Assembly: GCA_020724845.1 (NCBI GenBank) | Contig: DYGE01000001.1 | Location: 1-56,217 of the forward strand | Reading direction: 5' to 3' | DNA length: 56,217 nucleotides | Source of the DNA: Candidatus Paceibacter sp. | Lineage (GTDB): Bacteria; Patescibacteriota; Minisyncoccia; UBA6257; 02-FULL-45-10c | In this document: positions 50,873 to 56,217 of the stretch, in pieces | Layout of the letters: each line of letters begins with the position of its first letter | How positions within the stretch are numbered: position 1 is the first letter of the stretch | Made by a program: the position numbers and the translations under genes | Notes under the pieces: model-generated | Told to the model about the DNA's origin: nothing | What the model saw: the letters and a program-made list of their open reading frames with translations, nothing else | Database searches by the model: none

Positions 50873-51451
50873 CTAGTTCTTGCATGCGTAATTATTGAGC
50901 TTATTTTGTACCCAGCAGGTCGCAAGAAGCGCGAGTATAGGAATCCCCAGCAGGAAATAGCTACCGGCAAGGCCGCCAAAGAGTATGTCTGAATTTAGAA
51001 AGTGGAAGTATCCATCCGCTCCAAAACTTAACACAAATAGAGAATTCAGAAGCAAGGTGTATTTTAAATATTTGGGTTTACGGTTGCCGTCTAATGACCC
51101 ATAAAAACACCTGCATAAAAATATTTGGATCAAACTAAGAGGTAGCCCCCAGAACAACGCGGCTAATCCCATTCCGAGTATCGCCCCTACTAATCCAAAC
51201 GAGTCAATAGCATTATCGCTTATATCCATTCCAGAAAAAACTCCGGCGACTGGCTGGATCCACCATGCATATGGATCGTCAGTATTTGAAGTTTCCATAA
51301 ACATCAGTGTCGTTACGTTTCCGGCAAGCCATCCGCTCTCAAAGATTGACTTGGCCATATCGTGTCCAGAGAAAAAAGTTAGTCCGATCAATGCGGCAGA
51401 CAAAATTAGAGAACGAATAGACAAAGTAACGCTTCCATTCCTTAAGCTCAT
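50873..51451 (-). CDS. Hypothetical multi-TM membrane protein (192 aa)
   Basis: Four to five hydrophobic segments and its own terminator. No motif recognised. Confidence 0.55.
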   Translation of the reverse strand: MSLRNGSVTLSIRSLILSAALIGLTFFSGHDMAKSIFESGWLAGNVTTLMFMETSNTDDPYAWWIQPVAGVFSGMDISDNAIDSFGLVGAILGMGLAALFWGLPLSLIQIFLCRCFYGSLDGNRKPKYLKYTLLLNSLFVLSFGADGYFHFLNSDILFGGLAGSYFLLGIPILALLATCWVQNKLNNYACKN

Positions 51452-51536
51452 CCTTTGTCCTTATATGTAATTAGTGCTGCCTGAACTATAAGCTAAAGGT
51501 CATACAAAATCAAGGTTTCAACTTGTGGAAAATATT

Positions 51537-51559
51537 AAAAAACCGCCCTTTGTGGGCGG
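51537..51559 (-). terminator. Rho-independent terminator (copy 2 of the repeated module)
   Basis: Same 23-nt sequence as 50839-50861. It lies 8 nt downstream of the subtilase stop codon. Confidence 0.85.
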
Positions 51560-51567
51560 TTGCTGCT

Positions 51568-53031
51568 TTACTTCTTTTCTACCGCTTTCAGGAAGTTGGC
51601 GAGATTGATTCTCAAGCCAATCGGGCGGTCGGTTTTGATCCGATCACCGTGCCTTTCTATGATAGCGCGGATTTCCGCGGGAGTAAGGTTAGGGTTCCTG
51701 GCCTTGATGATTGCCGCCGCCGCAAAGACGTGCGGGGATGCCATGGAAGTTCCGGACAGATATCCGAATCTCCCTCCAGGGAGAGCCCCGTAAATGTCTT
51801 TTCCGGGAGCCGCGGCTCCGGAATTCTTTCCGTAGTTGGAAAAACTGGCTCTTTGATCCCAATCATCCGTCGCCGTAACCGAAAGGACTTCCGGATAGTC
51901 GGACGGATAGTGGCGGCTGGAAGTATTACTGTTGCCTTTCGCCGCGATAATCAGCACTTTCTTTTCGTTGACCGCGTATTTGACCGCGTCATGCAAAAGA
52001 GCGTTGCTGTACGTTCCGCCTAAGCTCATGTTGATGATTTCTGCTCCGTGGTCGGCCGCCCAGACGATGCCTTTGGCAATGTTCTGGTATGAGCCGCTAT
52101 GTCCATCCAACACTCGGACCGGCATGATTTTCAGAACCGGGTAAGCGACTCCATAGGCGCCGCCGGAATGCTTTGGGTCCATGATGCCGGTTGAGGCGAC
52201 ATGAGTCGCATGCATTTCTCCCGGCGTTCGGTTTCTGGGGTCGTCAGTGTTCCTGACAATGTCCCGTCCGGGAACGAGTCGGTCTTTCAGGGCGGGATGA
52301 TCTAGGTCCATGCCTGTATCAATCACGGCTCCGATGACTGTTCGCCCGGCATTGCCGAGCATCTTGTGCGCTTCGGCCGCCCGGATAATATCCAGGTTCC
52401 AGGTTTTGGGGTTTTTGATCCCGCGGCCGACCTTGACTTCCACGGGGTCAATGAGTCTGATTGTGTCCTGTCTGACGAAGACAATAATCTCTTCGTTGTC
52501 TTCCAGGAACTGGCCAAGGTCTTCGTCGTCGTCGCTGATTGAAATCCAGCGGCCGAGGTCGGTGTCGTCGTTATGCCTCAAAAAGAGGTCGGAAGCTTTG
52601 GAATCGTGCTTTCGGATGAGGTCGTCAATGGAATTGACGCCCACCGTGTTGCTGCCGAACTGCGGAACCTTCTTCAGCTTGACCGAATAGGTCGCGGGAG
52701 AAGATTTCTGCAACAAAGCGCTTCCGAAGTATAGGGTGCCGGCAAGCGCCAAAAGAGCGACGCTCGCCAGAAGCAGATTCTTGTCCAGCCAATCCAGAGC
52801 CGCGGCGACGCGCGGATTCTTCTTGAAATCATCCAGTGACTTCGCAAGAAGCCCTTTCAGATCCCAGGTGGACGCCAGGCAGGCCTGGCACAGCTTCCAC
52901 CTATTGGAACAGCTTTTGCAGATTTTGAAAGACCCGCTGGAAGTTTCCGCCTTGCAGAGCTTGCAAACTCCGGTCTGATCGGTGTACATCTTGTCCGCGC
53001 ATCCTTTACAAAGCGTTTCCTGCTTTTCCAT
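51568..53031 (-). CDS. Membrane-anchored subtilisin-like (S8) serine protease with N-terminal 4xCxxC module
   Basis: Catalytic triad motifs AVIDTGMDLDHP (Asp), HATHVAST (His) and GTSMASPHV (Ser). The N-terminus carries CKGC...CKLC...CKSC...CQAC, followed by the TM helix LLLASVALLALAGTLYFGSALL. Confidence 0.88.
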   Translation of the reverse strand: MEKQETLCKGCADKMYTDQTGVCKLCKAETSSGSFKICKSCSNRWKLCQACLASTWDLKGLLAKSLDDFKKNPRVAAALDWLDKNLLLASVALLALAGTLYFGSALLQKSSPATYSVKLKKVPQFGSNTVGVNSIDDLIRKHDSKASDLFLRHNDDTDLGRWISISDDDEDLGQFLEDNEEIIVFVRQDTIRLIDPVEVKVGRGIKNPKTWNLDIIRAAEAHKMLGNAGRTVIGAVIDTGMDLDHPALKDRLVPGRDIVRNTDDPRNRTPGEMHATHVASTGIMDPKHSGGAYGVAYPVLKIMPVRVLDGHSGSYQNIAKGIVWAADHGAEIINMSLGGTYSNALLHDAVKYAVNEKKVLIIAAKGNSNTSSRHYPSDYPEVLSVTATDDWDQRASFSNYGKNSGAAAPGKDIYGALPGGRFGYLSGTSMASPHVFAAAAIIKARNPNLTPAEIRAIIERHGDRIKTDRPIGLRINLANFLKAVEKK

Positions 53032-53104
53032 CTCTGATCTCCTGTTTTTATGTCAAAGTTAGATACTGTATTACAGAATACTACAAAAATTACTCAAATG
53101 TCAA

Positions 53105-53126
53105 CAAAAAACCCCGCAATGCGGGG
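53105..53126 (-). terminator. Rho-independent terminator
   Basis: The minus strand reads CCCCGC-ATT-GCGGGG followed by TTTTTT. The flanking GTCAACAAAAAA resembles that of the 50838 copy. Confidence 0.8.
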
Positions 53127-53137
53127 CGGAAGGTAAA

Positions 53138-53710
53138 TCAGAGAAGTTTCTTCACCTCTCCAACCGGAAAATACTGGCTTTTCCAGCGTTTTTTCATAAT
53201 GCTCAAGGAGTGAAGATATCTGCATTCTTCGCACTTATCATGATTTGCGGCAAGGATAGCAGAGCAAGCCTTGCTTCCGAACGAAAGCAGGCCTAACCAC
53301 AAGCTGTGTGTCATGAGCGTCGTTGCCACAGGAAAGCCGATAAATATTGCTAGAAAAGTAAGAGCGCCAAGGGTATCGCCAAATTCCCCATCTTGTTTTT
53401 TCAGGGCTTCTGCGGGGGCAAAAACTAAGTTCCAGAAAGTGTTACAGTGTTTGGCTAATTTATGTACAAAGCTGATTCTTTTTGCGATGGCCTCTGCCAA
53501 GTATTGAGAGCCTTCTTCAGAAAAACTCTCCTTTTTTAAATTGTCCTTGGTGATGCCGAGATATGAATCGGCGAACTTAACAAACAATTTTGAAAATGTT
53601 CCGGCCTCTTCGCTTTGGGCCTGTAAGTTGCGCCTCTGCTCTTCAGCGCCGATCAGCTGCATTGCCCGCTCCTGCTCGGTATGCTTGACCATCCCCCTTT
53701 CTTCGCTCAC
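53138..53710 (-). CDS. Hypothetical membrane protein (190 aa) with C-terminal CxxC
   Basis: GTG start preceded by AAAGGAGA. Two TM segments (LTFLAIFIGFPVATTLM, LWLGLLSFG), then HDKCEECRYLH. Confidence 0.55.
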   Translation of the reverse strand: MSEERGMVKHTEQERAMQLIGAEEQRRNLQAQSEEAGTFSKLFVKFADSYLGITKDNLKKESFSEEGSQYLAEAIAKRISFVHKLAKHCNTFWNLVFAPAEALKKQDGEFGDTLGALTFLAIFIGFPVATTLMTHSLWLGLLSFGSKACSAILAANHDKCEECRYLHSLSIMKKRWKSQYFPVGEVKKLL

Positions 53711-53872
53711 CGGATTCTCCTTTCAAAGATTTATAGCTTTCTATATAATACACTAAATTTTCAGAAAAATCAAGGACAACTTCCAGCGAGCTATACTAAT
53801 TTGCCGTGCGGTAACTTCGGAGGCATTGCCAGCTTGGTTTCGCCGGAGGTGAATGGCAATGCCGAGATGTAG

Positions 53873-53898
53873 AAACGCCCCACCGCAGGAGTGGGGCG
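53873..53898 (-). terminator. Rho-independent terminator of fusA
   Basis: The minus strand reads CGCCCCAC-TCCTGCG-GTGGGGCG followed by TTTCT, about 40 nt after the fusA stop. Confidence 0.7.
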
Positions 53899-53935
53899 AT
53901 TTCGGTACCGGCAGGCAATTTAGTATAGCGAGCGC

Positions 53936-56062
53936 TTATTTCTTGCCTTCTATAATCAACTGTGCAACATTAGCCGGAACTTCCTCATAGTGGTCAAATT
54001 CCATAGTGAAGTTTCCGCGGCCCTGGGACATAGATCGCAGCTTAGTCGCGTAGCCGAACATTTCCGAGAGCGGCACTTGCGCGTCAATGACTTTGATGTT
54101 GGATCGGTCATTCATGGCTTCAATCTTTCCGCGTTTGGAGCTGATGTCACCGGTGACATCGCCCATAAATTCGGACGGCACCAAGGTTTGGATTTTCATT
54201 ATCGGCTCCAGCAATATTGGCTTGGCCCGTTTGGCTCCTTCTTGGAGCGCCATTGAACCGGCGATTTTAAAAGCCGCTTCAGAAGAGTCCACATCATGAT
54301 AGGAACCGTCATAGAGGGTGACTTTTATATCGGTCAGGGTATATCCGGCCACTACGCCTTTAGCCAGCGCTTCTTTGACTCCTTTTTCAACCGGTGCAAT
54401 AAATTCTTGAGGTATGGCGCCCCCTTTTATTTCATTTACGAACTCAAAACCAGTGCCTCGCTCCATAGGCTCGACTCTGATATTGACATGGCCGTATTGG
54501 CCGCGCCCTCCCGATTGCTTGATGTACTTGCCTTCGGCTTCCGCGGAACCCTTAATAGTTTCACGGTAAGCTACCTGCGGACGGCCGACGTTGGCTTCAA
54601 CGTTAAACTCGCGCTTCATTCGGTCAACGATAATTTCCAAGTGCAGTTCGCCCATTCCCCAAATGATGGTTTCTCCAGTCTCATGATCTCCGCTGACTCG
54701 GAAGGTCGGATCTTCTTCGCTAAGCCGCCTCAAAGCCACGCCCATCTTTTCTTGGTCGGCTTTAGTTTTTGGCTCAATGCGGAGAGAAATAACCGGTTCT
54801 GGGAATGTAATCTTTTCCAAAATAATCGGGTTGTCTTCGTCGCACAAAGTGTCGCCAGTGGTAGTATTTTTCAGGCCGACGATCGCCCCCAAATCTCCGG
54901 CATAAATTTCATCAACTTCTTCACGGTGATTGGCGTGCATTCTTACCATGCGCCCGATACGCTCCTTTTCTCCTTTTGTGGAGTTATAAATATAACTTCC
55001 CTTTTTGACGGTTCCGGAATATACCCTGAAGAAGGTTAAGCTTCCGACAAACGGATCGGTGGCGACCTTGAAAGCCAAGGCGGCTGCCGGCGCGTCGTCT
55101 TTTGGTTCCCTTGTCAATTCCCCTCCGGTTTTCGGGTCTGTTCCTTTGGTCGGCGGTAAATCAACTGGCGATGGCAAGTAGTCCAATACCGCGTCAAGCA
55201 CCAGCTGGACGCCCTTATTTTTTAAGGCGGACCCGCAGAGTACCGGAACCAGTTTGTTTGCGATAACGGCTTTGCGCAGGACTTTTTTCAGAGTATCCAA
55301 ATCCGGCTCCTTGCCTTCCAGGTAAGCGCTCATCAGATCATCATCCTGCTCTACGATTTTCTCAATCAATTCCTGGCGTCTTTTCTTTGCTTCTTCAGCC
55401 ATAGAAGCCGGAATTTCTTCTTCGGTGATTTGCTCTCCCATTGCGCCGGAGAATTTGAAAGACTTCATCTTTAGAAGATCCACAACTCCTTCAAAATTGC
55501 TTTCCAGCCCAATTGGCAGCTGGATAGGGATGGCATTAAGGGTCAATCTCTCCAGAATTGATTTATAGCTGTTTTCAAAGCTGGCGCCGGTACGGTCCAA
55601 TTTATTAATAAAGCAAAGGCGCGGAACCTGATACTCATCAGCGTAGCGCCAGTTAGTTTCGGACTGCGGCTCAACTCCCGAAACCCCGTCAAAAACAACT
55701 ACCGCGCCATCCAGTACGCGCATAGAACGCTTTACTTCTACAGTAAAGTCAATATGGCCGGGGGTATCAATAATATTAAAGCGGTGTTCGTATAGTTTTT
55801 TCAGCTCTTCTTCGGACTTGCCCTCTCCTCTCCTATAAGAAGGGATCCAGAAACAAGTCGTTGCCGCCGAGGTAATAGTGATTCCCCTTTCGCGTTCCTG
55901 CTCCATCCAGTCCATGACGGTATCGCCTTCGTGGACTTCGCCGATTTTGTGGGAAACTCCGGTATAAAAAAGAATGCGTTCGGAAACGGTTGTTTTGCCG
56001 GCGTCAATATGGGCAATGATGCCGAAATCTCTCACTTTTTCAATTGGATATTGTCTTGGCAT
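53936..56062 (-). CDS. fusA: Elongation factor G
   Basis: [22 protein letters not shown] and full-length EF-G domain order. Confidence 0.98.
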   Translation of the reverse strand: MPRQYPIEKVRDFGIIAHIDAGKTTVSERILFYTGVSHKIGEVHEGDTVMDWMEQERERGITITSAATTCFWIPSYRRGEGKSEEELKKLYEHRFNIIDTPGHIDFTVEVKRSMRVLDGAVVVFDGVSGVEPQSETNWRYADEYQVPRLCFINKLDRTGASFENSYKSILERLTLNAIPIQLPIGLESNFEGVVDLLKMKSFKFSGAMGEQITEEEIPASMAEEAKKRRQELIEKIVEQDDDLMSAYLEGKEPDLDTLKKVLRKAVIANKLVPVLCGSALKNKGVQLVLDAVLDYLPSPVDLPPTKGTDPKTGGELTREPKDDAPAAALAFKVATDPFVGSLTFFRVYSGTVKKGSYIYNSTKGEKERIGRMVRMHANHREEVDEIYAGDLGAIVGLKNTTTGDTLCDEDNPIILEKITFPEPVISLRIEPKTKADQEKMGVALRRLSEEDPTFRVSGDHETGETIIWGMGELHLEIIVDRMKREFNVEANVGRPQVAYRETIKGSAEAEGKYIKQSGGRGQYGHVNIRVEPMERGTGFEFVNEIKGGAIPQEFIAPVEKGVKEALAKGVVAGYTLTDIKVTLYDGSYHDVDSSEAAFKIAGSMALQEGAKRAKPILLEPIMKIQTLVPSEFMGDVTGDISSKRGKIEAMNDRSNIKVIDAQVPLSEMFGYATKLRSMSQGRGNFTMEFDHYEEVPANVAQLIIEGKK

Positions 56063-56070
56063 GTATGATA

Positions 56071-56217
56071 TTACTTTGCTTTATTTATTAAGTCCTTAAG
56101 CTCATTAATAATGGCTGTGCCGCGATCTATTTCTTGTTTAGTTATCTTTTCGTCTTTTATTCGCAATTCGTTTATTTTTTCTTGTAAGCTTCTGATTTCC
56201 GCCCCCAGTCTTTCTAT
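56071..56217 (-). CDS. C-terminal fragment of an unidentified coiled-coil protein (not ribosomal protein S7), truncated by window edge
   Basis: The minus-strand frame from 56217 reads [48 protein letters not shown], then TAA at 56073..56071, 8 nt before the fusA ATG. Confidence 0.45.
   Translation of the reverse strand: MERLGAEIRSLQEKINELRIKDEKITKQEIDRGTAIINELKDLINKAK

Overview
This is a gene-dense, low-GC bacterial chromosome segment, transcribed mostly from the minus strand. I infer a Patescibacteria/CPR-type genome from several traits: no L30 gene between rpsE and rplO, compact or altered r-proteins, two GT39 glycosyltransferases, a VirD4/TraD-like ATPase, and many small unknown membrane proteins.

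Core content, right half: fusA, then a 4.5-kb insertion, then tuf-rpsJ-rplC-rplD-rplW-rplB-rpsS-rplV-rpsC-rplP-rpmC-rpsQ-rplN-rplX-rplE-rpsZ-rpsH-rplF-rplR-rpsE-rplO-secY-adk-map. These are followed by a GT2, greA, lysS, serS, alr and ftsQ. Core content, left half: an envelope/division string (M23 peptidase, gltX, murG, ftsW, an amidohydrolase, a VirD4-like ATPase), plus ychF and an Mpg-type DNA glycosylase.

Accessory content:
1. The main candidate for a novel system is a very AT-rich, six-gene, co-directional island at 16994-24144. A type III-like Mod/Res pair is split by an NYN nuclease gene. It is bracketed by a ClpP-fold (SDH-type) serine protease, a PIN-like unknown and an Rx4H (HEPN-like) unknown. 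A RelE/Phd pair and a CYTH-domain gene lie next to it.
2. Several visibly GC-richer cassettes are bounded by GC-rich hairpin terminators: 202-1245, 13037-15470, 26050-27160 and 49764-53710. They encode lipoproteins, a kinase-fold protein, an outer-membrane-beta-barrel-like protein, an MBL hydrolase, a membrane-anchored subtilase with an N-terminal 4xCxxC module, and a degenerate CPBP protease.
3. A family of 7-bp-period short tandem repeats is embedded in frame in housekeeping genes and also lies as inverted arrays between greA and lysS.

I recognised no rRNA, tRNA, CRISPR array, transposase or integrase by eye. All coordinates were counted by hand and starts were refined by eye. All family assignments are motif recognition, not database hits.
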